From positions 1 through 35,080 of the IMG/VR virus record IMGVR_UViG_3300017766_000039: a stretch of 35,080 nt of DNA, one strand, 5' to 3'. The stretch comes from a virus (lineage: Duplodnaviria; Caudoviricetes). Below are positions 25,210 through 34,787 of the stretch, one piece after another (position 1 is the first letter of the stretch; every line of letters begins with the position of its first letter). The notes under the pieces were generated by a model. The model saw nothing but the letters and a program-made list of their open reading frames with translations, searched no databases and was not told the origin of the DNA. A program made the position numbers and the translations under genes.

Positions 25210-25641
25210 ATGGGCGTCGTTGGAGCAGTTATTGGTGCGGTCGCTACGGTTGCAAGCACTAACAAAGCAGTTAAAGCTCAGAAAGAAGCTACGGCAACAA
25301 ACGTAAAGATTGCCGAGGAGCAGCGGAAGCAGGAAGAGCTTACTTACCGTCGTCAACAGCGTTCAGCTATCCGTGAGGCACAGATTCGTCGTGCTCAAGG
25401 TACGGCTTCTGTTCAGGCTGCTGGTGTAGCAAGCGGCTCCTTGCCGGGAGGGGGTATCGCATCTATCGGGTCTCAGCTTGGGTCTACTCTTGGTTTTAGT
25501 TCTCAGATGTCTGGTCTGTCGTCAAACATTACTGATCTTGGAATTGCCTCAGCTAACGCTACTCAGCGGGCTAACACGTTTGGGTCCATCGCTAATATTG
25601 GCTCTAGTGTATTCCAGTACTCTATGGCTAGCATGAAATAA
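25210..25641 (+). CDS. Internal virion (ejection) protein, T7 gp14-like
   Basis: Hydrophobic N-terminus, Ala/Gln/Ser-rich helical body; synteny. Confidence 0.75.
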   Translation: MGVVGAVIGAVATVASTNKAVKAQKEATATNVKIAEEQRKQEELTYRRQQRSAIREAQIRRAQGTASVQAAGVASGSLPGGGIASIGSQLGSTLGFSSQMSGLSSNITDLGIASANATQRANTFGSIANIGSSVFQYSMASMK

Positions 25642-28600
25642 TGGCTGAGGTTATAATGGAACCTAAAGAGTTCGGACCTGTCCAAGAAGTTTCTGCGGAG
25701 ACTCCTCGTGAATTTGGTCCTCCCATCAACACTACGATAACCAAGTCTGCTGCACAAAAGCGGGCCGAGTCCTACCTCTTTAGTTCCCTCCTTGACGTTG
25801 ACGTTAAGGCTGTACGTCCTGCTATCGACAACGATGCTTCTGTGCAACTTGACCAGACTGCTACTGACATGGTTGAGTCGAACAAACAGGTTGCCGTTAA
25901 CCTTGCCATCCAGAATCCTGAGGAAGACATTCAGGCTCAGCTTAGTGCTTTGCAGACAGAGCTTGAGAGCATCGACATTGTTAAGCGTTTTGCTCAGCCT
26001 TCTGTCATTGCAATGCTTACCTCCCAAGACCCTATCCTACGTGACTATTCGGTCAACCGTGTTAAGCGTCTTCTGCAAACCCAAGACATCGTTCAGAAGC
26101 GTTTGGCCAGTGCCTCGGATGAAAGCTTCCTTGGTAACTTTGACTTTGTAGACTTCTTCTTGTCGTCACCTCAGAATCTTTTTGTCGCTAAAAAGAACCA
26201 AGAGTATGCCGACAAATACACCTCTCTCCTCTACTCCAACCTACCTGACGAAGACTTTGAGGTTCAACTTGATAGCCTCTTGACTGAGATGGCTGACCAA
26301 GGTTTGTTTACTGAGGAGAACAGGTTCTACCTTGGTGACTTCCTTGCCGTTGCTGCCGCAGGTTCCGAGAGTAGCGTAGCCAAGACCCAAGAGCTTTTCG
26401 GAGCCTTGGATACCCTTACGTCTGCTGCTGGTGTTGCCTTCAAGGCTGGCTCTATCGTTAAGACAACTAAGGCTGTAGGAACGACAACTGCCCTTACCTC
26501 TGGTGTCCTTGGTCGTGGTGCTCTTGGTGTAGCCCAGAGTATTGCTACGGATGCTGCACGTCTGGTTGGCTACAAGACTAATAACCCTGTCCGTGTTGGT
26601 GAAATCCTTTCGGAAGCCCGTATCATTGACGACCCAGTTAATGCTGCTCTTACCTACGGTAACCACGTCAGCCCCTCCTTTGCTACTTCTACCCTGTCTC
26701 GTGCTGAGTATTGGAGCCACACGAGTGCTGTAGCAGCTAAGGACTTTGAGCTTGGTAGTCAAGGCTTCCGCACGGCTCTACGCCATACAACCCTCTCTGG
26801 TGAAGCCTACGACGATGCTATCGTTGCAAGTTTCAGGGATAAGATTGTAACGACAGCAAAGCAAGATGCAATCGACAGCGGTAATCGTCGGTTCCTTGAT
26901 GCTGATCTCGTTAAGGATGCTACTGAGAACCTCTACTTCCAGCAATTCTACGGCACCCAGAAGGGTGATCTCTTCCGTGGGAACAACGGACGTATTGCAG
27001 CCCAGAACCTTGCGGAACAGCTTGGGGGTGAGGTTGTCGCTGGTGATCTTCCTAACTCTTGGAAGGTCTTGAAGACTGACAACATCCCTGTCGGTATGGC
27101 TGAGCTTAACCTCTCGAACCTCAAGTTGTTTACCTCTACGGAAGTAGACGATCTAGGTGAGGGTCTTCTTGTCGAGTACTTGGGTTCACCCCTTGCTCAG
27201 ACTTCCCCACGTCTTAACGCTATCCTTAAGCAGTCTGAGGCTTCCCGTGAGGCTTGGAAGGCTTCTGTCGTTGCAGACCTTACGGAAGTCCGTAAGTTTA
27301 ACAGCCGTGCTGAGCAGCGTGAAGTCTTTGGTATCTTCGATGAACTGCGTGATGGCTCTTTGGCTACCCGTAGGACTGCCCTTACCCGTAAGGAGTTTGA
27401 GGTAGAGTTCCTTGCCAAGTACAAGAAGAACCCTACGGATGCTCAGAAGGCTATGTACCTTAAATACCAAGAGGCTCTTGACGTAGACGCTATGCTCAAG
27501 GCTGATGGGTATTTCAAACGACAAGTGGCTGATGGTGTCGTCGTTGACAATGCCGATGGTAGCCGTATGGTTCCTATGAAGTCTGAGGAACTTCCGGCTA
27601 ACTCTAAGGTTTGGGATGAAGATACTCAGTCGCTTGTCGATGCTGGCCAACTCCCACAGGGTACTCGCGTATATCGTAACTACGACCCAGTGAACCAAGA
27701 CTTCAAGGGTGACTCTCTGTACAAGACTGGCAATAGCGTAGTTACCCGTCGTCTGTACCACTCTGATCTTCTTGTTCGTAACGCTGGTGGTCCACGTCAG
27801 TACCGTCAGTTTGACGTTCAGTACTACGTTAAGCAAGAGCGTTCTAAAACCTTTGTGGATGGCTCTGAGATTAAGGTCTCTCCCCTGACTGTTATGGGTG
27901 TCCGTACAGAGGCTCAGGCTGCTGCCGCTAAACTTCAACTGAACACTATTATCGACGCAATCAAGACCAAGATCACGGGTAACTTTGCTAAGGCAGAGGA
28001 CTTCCGCTTGGCTGCTCGTTCTCTCGCTAACGACAAAGACATCAATGATCTGATCGCTGCAAACAGCAAGTGGTTTCCTGACGCTTACTCCGTTAACACT
28101 TTCCTTGATTGGGCTGACGAAGCTGGTGTCGATCTGCGTAAGCAATTTGACTTTGTTTCTGACGGGGAAGCTTTGATTGATTCCTCGGTGTCTGGCTACG
28201 GCGGTATGCGCTACAGTGACGCCATCTCTATGCAGGCACTTAACCCTCGTGCTCGTAGGGACAAACTCCTTATGAGCTATGGTGGTACCGCTAACAGAAC
28301 CTATGGCGCTGGTGCCTCTATTGAAGCCTCTATGGCCCGTGGTGTTGCAGCCAATAGTGAACGTGCCTACATGTCTGCCGCTATCAACGGTCTCATGAAG
28401 GCTGCTATCGAACACAACGTCTTGGCTAACACTGCTGACCTACGTAACCTGACGCTTAAGCAAAAGCTACGCACGGCAGAGATTAGTACGACAACCAGCA
28501 TTGGTCGTAAACTTGCCCTTGAGCAGAAGAAGATTCTGTTCCGCATGGACCAAACGGGTCTTGGGGATAGCGTCTGGACATCTGTAATGGGTAATGTCTC

Positions 28601-30164
28601 TGACTATCTCTACGGCAAAGGTTTCCAGAAGACTGCTGACATTGCTGCTGATCTCTACTCTAACAACCCGTTGACTGCTCTGCGTGGCTTTGTGTTTGAC
28701 GCTAAGCTCGGTATGTTCAACCCTGCTCAGTACTACGTCCAAGGCTCTCAGGCGTTTAACATCATGGCTATCGGTGGTATGGCTGGTGTCCGTGGTGTGT
28801 CACTCTACGGACCTGTACGCTTCGCTATCGCTAACGGCAATGAAGCAGTTATTCGTCGTGTGGGTGAGCTTATCCAGCCTATCTCTGGTCTGAACGCTGA
28901 CCAATTCTTCGATCTTGTCGATTCCTTCCGTAGCAGTGGACGTGGTACCGTAGGGGTTAGCCTTGCAGAATTTGGTTCTGAGGCGGATCAGGCTTCTCGT
29001 ATCGCTGGTGCCGTTGGTGAAGGCGTAGAGGCTATTCGTACTAAGGGCCGTTTCTTCTTCAACGAGGGGGAACTTATCGCTCGTATCTCTGCGTACAGCA
29101 CTGCATACATCGAATACCTTGAGAAGTTCCCTACGGGTGTGATTAGCAGCCAACAGGGGCGTCGTTGGGTTATGAACCGTCAGGATATCCTTACGCAGGG
29201 TATGACTGGTGCTTCTCGTACCCCGGTCGAAAGGCTCCCAACGACACAGTTTATGTCCTATATGTTCCGTGTCAACGAAGCTATCTTCTCGGGTACCTTC
29301 GGTGGTAAGGGGCGTAAGGTTCTCACGGATGCTGAACGCTATCGTTTGGCTGTGACCCATACGGCTCTCTTCGGTGCCTCTGCTTGGGGTGCCGTAGGCT
29401 TTGCCATGGATGCCTATCGTCACAACTTCGGTGTCGAGATGGACCCTACGGTGTATCGTGCGCTTCGCAAGGGTCTGGTCGATACTCTGTTGACTGAGCT
29501 TACGGGTGTAGAATCTTCTCTGTCGTCCCGCCTGAGCAACAGCGATGGTATCTTCATGATTATGCAAGATGCTGCCGAGAAGAACATCATTGAGTTCCTT
29601 GGTGGACCATCCATTGAGGTTGGTTGGCAGGCTACTACGACAGGCTTCTCAGTGCTTAAGAACCTCGTAGGGGCACACTCTGGTGCTGAGTATAGCAACC
29701 CTACCAGTGATGATCTCCTACGCTTTGCTCGTGCCTTCTCGTCGGTCAACCAAGCGTATAACGCTTACACAGCCTTTAAGTACGGTGAAGTCATGACCCG
29801 TGATAGCGCCCTACTTGACCGTATCGACAACCCTACAGAAGCAGTATTCGCAGCCTTCGGTGTCCCTCTTGAACGACAAGAAGAGGCTTGGAAGTTTGCT
29901 ACCTACAAGAAGTTCACCAAGGACTTTGACACGGCTACCGCTAAAGGTATCCAACGTCTCCACAATAGCTTTGCTGAGGCTTATCGTAGAGGGGACTATG
30001 AAGAAGCACAAAACTATGCTAAAGTAATCGCTATGAAGTATTCGTCGATGACCCCTGCTGAGCAAGAACGTGTTGATCGTTTGGTGTTCACCCCTAAGGG
30101 TACTTCCATCGTCGATGATCTCATGGCTCAGGCCCTCCGTCAAGAATCAGGTTTCGCTGAATAA
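25641..30164 (+). CDS. Large internal virion (ejection) protein, 1507 aa
   Basis: Very long helical ORF in the ejection-protein block; no catalytic motif recognised. Confidence 0.8.
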   Translation: MAEVIMEPKEFGPVQEVSAETPREFGPPINTTITKSAAQKRAESYLFSSLLDVDVKAVRPAIDNDASVQLDQTATDMVESNKQVAVNLAIQNPEEDIQAQLSALQTELESIDIVKRFAQPSVIAMLTSQDPILRDYSVNRVKRLLQTQDIVQKRLASASDESFLGNFDFVDFFLSSPQNLFVAKKNQEYADKYTSLLYSNLPDEDFEVQLDSLLTEMADQGLFTEENRFYLGDFLAVAAAGSESSVAKTQELFGALDTLTSAAGVAFKAGSIVKTTKAVGTTTALTSGVLGRGALGVAQSIATDAARLVGYKTNNPVRVGEILSEARIIDDPVNAALTYGNHVSPSFATSTLSRAEYWSHTSAVAAKDFELGSQGFRTALRHTTLSGEAYDDAIVASFRDKIVTTAKQDAIDSGNRRFLDADLVKDATENLYFQQFYGTQKGDLFRGNNGRIAAQNLAEQLGGEVVAGDLPNSWKVLKTDNIPVGMAELNLSNLKLFTSTEVDDLGEGLLVEYLGSPLAQTSPRLNAILKQSEASREAWKASVVADLTEVRKFNSRAEQREVFGIFDELRDGSLATRRTALTRKEFEVEFLAKYKKNPTDAQKAMYLKYQEALDVDAMLKADGYFKRQVADGVVVDNADGSRMVPMKSEELPANSKVWDEDTQSLVDAGQLPQGTRVYRNYDPVNQDFKGDSLYKTGNSVVTRRLYHSDLLVRNAGGPRQYRQFDVQYYVKQERSKTFVDGSEIKVSPLTVMGVRTEAQAAAAKLQLNTIIDAIKTKITGNFAKAEDFRLAARSLANDKDINDLIAANSKWFPDAYSVNTFLDWADEAGVDLRKQFDFVSDGEALIDSSVSGYGGMRYSDAISMQALNPRARRDKLLMSYGGTANRTYGAGASIEASMARGVAANSERAYMSAAINGLMKAAIEHNVLANTADLRNLTLKQKLRTAEISTTTSIGRKLALEQKKILFRMDQTGLGDSVWTSVMGNVSDYLYGKGFQKTADIAADLYSNNPLTALRGFVFDAKLGMFNPAQYYVQGSQAFNIMAIGGMAGVRGVSLYGPVRFAIANGNEAVIRRVGELIQPISGLNADQFFDLVDSFRSSGRGTVGVSLAEFGSEADQASRIAGAVGEGVEAIRTKGRFFFNEGELIARISAYSTAYIEYLEKFPTGVISSQQGRRWVMNRQDILTQGMTGASRTPVERLPTTQFMSYMFRVNEAIFSGTFGGKGRKVLTDAERYRLAVTHTALFGASAWGAVGFAMDAYRHNFGVEMDPTVYRALRKGLVDTLLTELTGVESSLSSRLSNSDGIFMIMQDAAEKNIIEFLGGPSIEVGWQATTTGFSVLKNLVGAHSGAEYSNPTSDDLLRFARAFSSVNQAYNAYTAFKYGEVMTRDSALLDRIDNPTEAVFAAFGVPLERQEEAWKFATYKKFTKDFDTATAKGIQRLHNSFAEAYRRGDYEEAQNYAKVIAMKYSSMTPAEQERVDRLVFTPKGTSIVDDLMAQALRQESGFAE

Positions 30165-30181
30165 GTAAAGGACTACAATAG

Positions 30182-32887
30182 ATGGCTATCTTCTCGCCTC
30201 TTCAACAAGATGTCAGCCCCATGCAGGCTAACGTACCTCAAGGTCTTGGGGCTGCTCCTGCTGCGGAAGCTCTGGCTGGCTTGACGGATATGTTCCTTCG
30301 GGCGGCTACTCCTGCTCAAACCCGTGCTCCCACTCAGAATGAAGTCTTTGGTGCTCGTGTGCGTGAGTACGGTGAGCGTATCGGTAAACCCAACTGGAAC
30401 ACAGCCGATGCTACGATGGGGGAACTTCGTGGTTTTGGAGCAGAGTACCCTGAGCATTCACAGGAGGCTTTTACGTCGGCCCGATCTGCTGTGAACGAAT
30501 CTGTTCTTGCCTACGAAAGATCACTAACGGCAGAGCAGCAGATTCAAGAGAAGCTTGAGTTCGATTGGAACACCTCTCCTGAGGGTATCTACGCTAACGC
30601 TAAGGCTGCTGAATACCAAACCCCTGAGGAGAGGGCAGCTTTCATTGGCACAGAGCGGGCACGTTGGGTAACGACAAATGCAGAGAATACCCGCATTAAG
30701 CGTGAAGTAGAGACCCAAGGTGCCTACACTGCACTTTCGGAAACTGCTTGGAAGAACAACAGCTTCTTCGCTAAAACTGAGTCTGATATCCTTGCTCGTG
30801 GTTTGACGGACCTTACTCTTGCTATTTCTGCTGACCCTACTGCGACGTTCAATCTCGACGAAACTGGTATCACTCAGCTTATCCCTGAACTGAGAGGCAC
30901 TGTCGTTAATCAACGTAACATTGTTTCTGTCGCTAACACCGCTCGTGGTGCTCTTGAGTCTCGTTACCGTAAAGAGATTTCTTCTCGCACTGGTATCCCT
31001 GACGATCAACTTGGGCTTGCTCCTGACGCATGGAACAAGACGGTATTTAATACCTACGACACCACCATCGCTTTTATTACCAATGAGGTTGATCCAGCTA
31101 CCATCCAGAAGCGCCTTGAGGGTGAAGCCTTCACTGAGATGGCTAGCGCAGGTGTTCCTGTCGCCTACTTGAGCACTATGTCCCGTCTTGCAGGAAGCAA
31201 CCCTACCCTGTCTGCTCAGTTTATGTCCTCTTTGACTGGTCCTGTAGGTGCCTTCAACGAGAGACTTATGTCTGGTCAGCTTGAGGAAGCACAGCAAATC
31301 CTTAAGCAAGCATCGACAAAAGAACTTACCGATGCACGTTATGCCTTCACTGAGCTTGTCGCTGTCATGTCTGGTCAGTCCAAATTGGCTGTAACCTACG
31401 AGGAAGTAGAACAGAAGCAAAAGGACGAAGAGATTTCTAAGGCACTGTCGGGTGCTTACCAAGCTCACACTGAACTGCAAAGAACCGAGGGGCCTACCCG
31501 TTGGAACCGTGCAGCTTGGAAACAGAACTTTGAAGTACCCGCTGAGGCTATTACTCGTAGGGCTGCGGTAGACAAAGACTTTGCCCTAGAGACTAGCAAG
31601 TTCTTGTCGTCTGACATTATGATGGACCTTGGTAACCTGCGTGATGCTGCGTCAGCTAGCGGTGTTAACATCAACATCAGTGAGAATGGTCAGGTTGTCG
31701 TTTCTTCTACAGAGCAGGCTGCTCCCTTGCGTGGGACTAGCGTTGGTGTTGCTCGTCGTCCTATCACTCCCGGCGACAAACTTGACTCCTTCGTGACTGA
31801 GAAAAAAGCCCTTATCGACGACATCAACTACAAGATGACTGTCCTTGGTCGTTTGGGTGAGACTGGTTCGTCCACTATGGATATCCTACGCGCAGAGGTT
31901 CCCGGTGTTATGGTACGCGCTGGTGGGGGTAACGACGAACTAGGTGGTGGAAGTGGCAGCGATAGCCTTAACAGCATTGGTGCCTCTTTGGGCCTTGACT
32001 TCTCTACGCTTGAGGCTGAGAACGGTTTGCCTCAAGGTTATCTTGAGCGCACTGCCTTTATTGAATCCAGAGGTAACCCTAGTGCCAAGAACTCTAAATC
32101 TTCGGCAGGAGGTCTCTTCCAGTTTATCGACAGCACAGCTAAGCAGTATGGTGTTAGGGACAAGTTTGATCCCGTTCAGGCTACCGATGGTGCAGTAGAC
32201 CTTGCTGTCGATAACATGCGAATTCTTACGGCAGCTTTGGGTCGTGAGCCTACCGCTGCTGAACTCTACCTTGCTCATCAACAGGGTGGTGAAGGTGCAA
32301 GACGACTCCTAGCCAACCCTAATGCTAAGGCTGTCGATATCGTTGGGGCTGAGGCTGTACGTCTTAACGGCGGTAATGTTGATATGACTGCCAATGAGTT
32401 CGCTAGCCTCTGGTTGGACAAGTTCAACAACACTAAGACGACAGCACCTACTGCTGGCACCCCGGCTAATGCTAACGCTGTAGCTGAAAGGGCTGGCCCT
32501 GCCGTTCAGAGAGCCGTAGGGAACGCTCCTAGCGCAGCACCTGCTACGATGGCTACTACCCCTGCTGCTGCTCAAGTTAACCCTGAGGTGGCTTCTATGG
32601 AGGCTGCTACGGCTACTCTCCCCGAGACTATCCCTACGGAAACTGCTGCTACGGGTACTCAGGGTGCAAGTGAACTTAGCCCTGCTATCGCTCTCGACCA
32701 AGACGTACAAGCTTTCATCCAAGAGATTGCTGGTGACCCTGACAAGACCTACGCTTCTGAGGCTGAGTTCGTTGCAGCACAAGAGGCTGGAGAACTTGAA
32801 CCGGGAGATACTGTTGTCGTTAACGGAGAGATTTACGTGGTCCGTAAGAATGGTCTAATCCGTAGGCTCGGTACCGTTAATTCTTGA
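30182..32887 (+). CDS. Internal virion protein with lytic transglycosylase (SLT) domain
   Basis: TAFIESRGNPSAKN..SSAGGLFQFIDST...LYLAHQQG motifs; Ala/Pro/Thr-rich linker. Confidence 0.85.
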   Translation: MAIFSPLQQDVSPMQANVPQGLGAAPAAEALAGLTDMFLRAATPAQTRAPTQNEVFGARVREYGERIGKPNWNTADATMGELRGFGAEYPEHSQEAFTSARSAVNESVLAYERSLTAEQQIQEKLEFDWNTSPEGIYANAKAAEYQTPEERAAFIGTERARWVTTNAENTRIKREVETQGAYTALSETAWKNNSFFAKTESDILARGLTDLTLAISADPTATFNLDETGITQLIPELRGTVVNQRNIVSVANTARGALESRYRKEISSRTGIPDDQLGLAPDAWNKTVFNTYDTTIAFITNEVDPATIQKRLEGEAFTEMASAGVPVAYLSTMSRLAGSNPTLSAQFMSSLTGPVGAFNERLMSGQLEEAQQILKQASTKELTDARYAFTELVAVMSGQSKLAVTYEEVEQKQKDEEISKALSGAYQAHTELQRTEGPTRWNRAAWKQNFEVPAEAITRRAAVDKDFALETSKFLSSDIMMDLGNLRDAASASGVNINISENGQVVVSSTEQAAPLRGTSVGVARRPITPGDKLDSFVTEKKALIDDINYKMTVLGRLGETGSSTMDILRAEVPGVMVRAGGGNDELGGGSGSDSLNSIGASLGLDFSTLEAENGLPQGYLERTAFIESRGNPSAKNSKSSAGGLFQFIDSTAKQYGVRDKFDPVQATDGAVDLAVDNMRILTAALGREPTAAELYLAHQQGGEGARRLLANPNAKAVDIVGAEAVRLNGGNVDMTANEFASLWLDKFNNTKTTAPTAGTPANANAVAERAGPAVQRAVGNAPSAAPATMATTPAAAQVNPEVASMEAATATLPETIPTETAATGTQGASELSPAIALDQDVQAFIQEIAGDPDKTYASEAEFVAAQEAGELEPGDTVVVNGEIYVVRKNGLIRRLGTVNS

Positions 32888-32903
32888 TCGCTAGGGGGAT
32901 GAA

Positions 32904-33098
32904 ATGGACGGAGAAGCCATTCAAAGGGAGATTTCTGAAATGGATAAACGATTGGCTCTCCTTGAGCAGAAAGTGGACCAGATCGACAGGAACGTATGTA
33001 ATATCAACAATAGCCTGTCGAAGATTCTGTGGATTGTCGGTGGTGGCTTCATCGCGTCTATCGTAGCATGGATTGTCGGTGGTGGTTTGGGTCAGTAA
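32904..33098 (+). CDS. Small coiled-coil protein with C-terminal TM (XhlA/holin-like)
   Basis: RLALLEQKVDQI coiled coil followed by ILWIVGGGFIASIVAWIV. Confidence 0.65.
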   Translation: MDGEAIQREISEMDKRLALLEQKVDQIDRNVCNINNSLSKILWIVGGGFIASIVAWIVGGGLGQ

Positions 33099-33121
33099 TC
33101 CCTTCACGAGGAAGAAAAGAA

Positions 33122-33382
33122 ATGGCTAAAGACTCTCGTCTTGAACGTGCTGGTGTCTCGGGGTTTAATAAACCTAAGCGTACACCTAGCCACCCCACCA
33201 AGTCCCATGTTGTCGTTGCCAAAGAAGGTGACACCGTTAAGACTATTCGCTTTGGGCAACAGGGTGTCTCAGGGGACAAAGAGCCTACTGCACGACAGAA
33301 ATCATTCAAGGCTCGTCACGCTAAGAACATCGCCAAGGGTAAGATGAGTGCAGCCTATTGGGCAGATAAGGTGAAGTGGTAA
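33122..33382 (+). CDS. Small basic protein (86 aa; NKPKRTP.HPTKSH...IRFGQQG...SFKARH...SAAYWADKVKW)
   Basis: GAGGA SD; conserved-looking phage motif set. Confidence 0.8.
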   Translation: MAKDSRLERAGVSGFNKPKRTPSHPTKSHVVVAKEGDTVKTIRFGQQGVSGDKEPTARQKSFKARHAKNIAKGKMSAAYWADKVKW

Positions 33383-33627
33383 TGCCTAGAGATTATAAAT
33401 CTGAGTACGACAACTACCACTCCTCCCCTGAGGCTAAGAAGAAACGTGCTCAGAATAACGCTGCACGACGGAAGATGGAGAAGGCTGGTAAGGTATCCAA
33501 GGGTGACGGTAAAGACGTAGCGCACTCTAACAATCGTACCAACGACAATAAGATGTCTAACCTCAAGGTTCAGTCGCCTTCTAAGAACCGTTCCTTCAAA
33601 CGTAACACCAAAGCGGAGCGCAAGTAA
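33382..33627 (+). CDS. Small basic HNH-like protein (81 aa)
   Basis: MPRDYKSEY...GDGKDVAH...NLKVQSPSKNRS, a minimal HNH-like motif; TAATG overlap. Confidence 0.75.
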   Translation: MPRDYKSEYDNYHSSPEAKKKRAQNNAARRKMEKAGKVSKGDGKDVAHSNNRTNDNKMSNLKVQSPSKNRSFKRNTKAERK

Positions 33628-33803
33628 TGGCCGACAAAGCTAAGCCTAATAACCCTAAGCTCTGGTCCAGTAAGGTGGCTCAGGCCAAGAAGAAGTTCGA
33701 CGTATACCCTAGTGCCTACGCAAACGCTTGGGCGGCTAAGGAATACAAGAAGGCTGGTGGCACTTGGTCCGGGTCGAACAACAAGGTCAAGAAGAATGGC
33801 TAA
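33627..33803 (+). CDS. Small basic protein (58 aa; KFDVYPSAYANAWAAKEYKKAGG)
   Basis: Manual translation; TAATG overlap; GGAG SD. Confidence 0.75.
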   Translation: MADKAKPNNPKLWSSKVAQAKKKFDVYPSAYANAWAAKEYKKAGGTWSGSNNKVKKNG

Positions 33804-34038
33804 GGGTGGTCTCGGGAAGTGGTTCGGAGAGAAGTGGGTCGATATCAAGACTGGTGAGGCATGTGGTCGCTCTGGATCAGAGAAAGGCTCACGTCCCTAC
33901 CCTGCTTGTCGTCCCGCTGCGGTAGCTTCTAAGTTGTCGTCTACCGAAAAAACTGCTATGAAACGCAAGAAGAGTGGCCCTAAGATGGAGAAGTGGCCTG
34001 TTACTGCTTCTGGTAAACGGAGGGCTAAGACAAAGTAA
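33796..34038 (+). CDS. Small basic protein (80 aa; GGLGKWFGEKWVD...CGRS...YPACRP)
   Basis: C-terminal part of the 108-aa ORF; overlaps the previous stop. Confidence 0.75.
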   Translation: MAKGGLGKWFGEKWVDIKTGEACGRSGSEKGSRPYPACRPAAVASKLSSTEKTAMKRKKSGPKMEKWPVTASGKRRAKTK

Positions 34039-34085
34039 TGGCGCTAACGACACAAAACACTAATCAACTCACAAGGAAGAAAGTA

Positions 34086-34193
34086 ATGGCTAAGAAACCA
34101 ATGAAAGCTGCCCCCAAGTTCACACCCTGCAAGGGTTGCCCTACGCCTGCTAAGTGCAAAGCTATGGGTTCGTGCATGAAGAAGGCTAAGTAA
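34086..34193 (+). CDS. Basic Cys-rich micropeptide (35 aa; PCKGCPTPAKCKAMGSC)
   Basis: Manual translation; AAGGA SD; alternative in-frame start at 34038. Confidence 0.6.
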   Translation: MAKKPMKAAPKFTPCKGCPTPAKCKAMGSCMKKAK

Positions 34194-34194
34194 C

Positions 34195-34329
34195 GTGCCC
34201 CTTAAGAAGGGTTCTAGCCCAAAGACTATCTCTGCTAACATCAAGACTGAGATGAAGGCAGGTAAACCCCAGAAGCAGGCCGTAGCGATTGCTCTTAGCT
34301 CTGCTCGTAAACCCAAGAAAGGTAAGTAA
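34195..34329 (+). CDS. Basic micropeptide (44 aa; MPLKKGSSPKTISANIKTEMKAGKPQKQAVAIALS...)
   Basis: Manual translation, GTG start; KQAVAIALS motif common in phage microproteins. Confidence 0.75.
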   Translation: MPLKKGSSPKTISANIKTEMKAGKPQKQAVAIALSSARKPKKGK

Positions 34330-34332
34330 ACT

Positions 34333-34461
34333 ATGATGATGGGAATGAAAGCTAAAGGCTCTGCTAAAGGCAAAGCTGGTGGTGGTGCTAAAGCTTCGGC
34401 TACGGTGACCATGAAGAAGGCTAAACCTGCCGCTAAGAAGGCTAAGCCCTACGGCAAGTAA
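34333..34461 (+). CDS. Lys/Ala/Gly-rich histone-H1-like micropeptide (42 aa)
   Basis: Manual translation MMMGMKAKGSAKGKAGGGAKASATVTMKKAKPAAKKAKPYGK; AAGGT SD. Confidence 0.6.
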   Translation: MMMGMKAKGSAKGKAGGGAKASATVTMKKAKPAAKKAKPYGK

Positions 34462-34486
34462 TCTACGCCATACTCAAGAATAACTT

Positions 34487-34519
34487 AAGGGGGCTTGCGC
34501 CCCCTTTTGTTTTTGTTTT
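34487..34519. terminator. Intrinsic terminator between the convergent genome arms (probably bidirectional)
   Basis: AAGGGGGC-TTGC-GCCCCCTT hairpin; long T-tract on +, weaker T-rich tract on -. Confidence 0.85.
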
Positions 34520-34787
34520 ACTTACCATCAAGCTCTTGGATCAGACGCTCTAGGTACCACACGGCCTTCTTGAGGTCTTCTACTGGCTTACCTTTGTGAC
34601 GCCAACGGTGCATGTATTTCTTGGCATTTCCCTCAAGATATCCCGTGAAGGCTTCCCATGGTAGATTGTCTTTGAGGTATACGATACATTCGATGTTGCC
34701 TACGTTGTAGTGAGCAGGCTTCTCTACCATGTCTTCGCTAACGATTCCTTTGTCGTTAATCGCATAGTCAACTTCCCATTTAGCCAT
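34518..34787 (-). CDS. DUF3310 / T7 gp1.7-like nucleotide kinase-domain protein
   Basis: MVEKPAHY...IECI...GYLEGNAKKYMHRWRHKG..EDLKKAVWYLERL; AAGGAG SD. Confidence 0.85.
   Translation of the reverse strand: MAKWEVDYAINDKGIVSEDMVEKPAHYNVGNIECIVYLKDNLPWEAFTGYLEGNAKKYMHRWRHKGKPVEDLKKAVWYLERLIQELDGK

Noticed and set aside
25641-30164. 1507-aa protein as a virion-encapsidated RNA polymerase
   Set aside because: No DFDGD-type or T7-RNAP catalytic motifs were seen; size and position fit an ejection protein, and host-type promoters are present.
19255-31480. Long antisense ORFs (e.g. 19255-20394, 27186-28415, 28800-29567, 30524-31480)
   Set aside because: Shadow ORFs opposite well-supported genes, expected from their codon bias; no SD or recognisable motifs.
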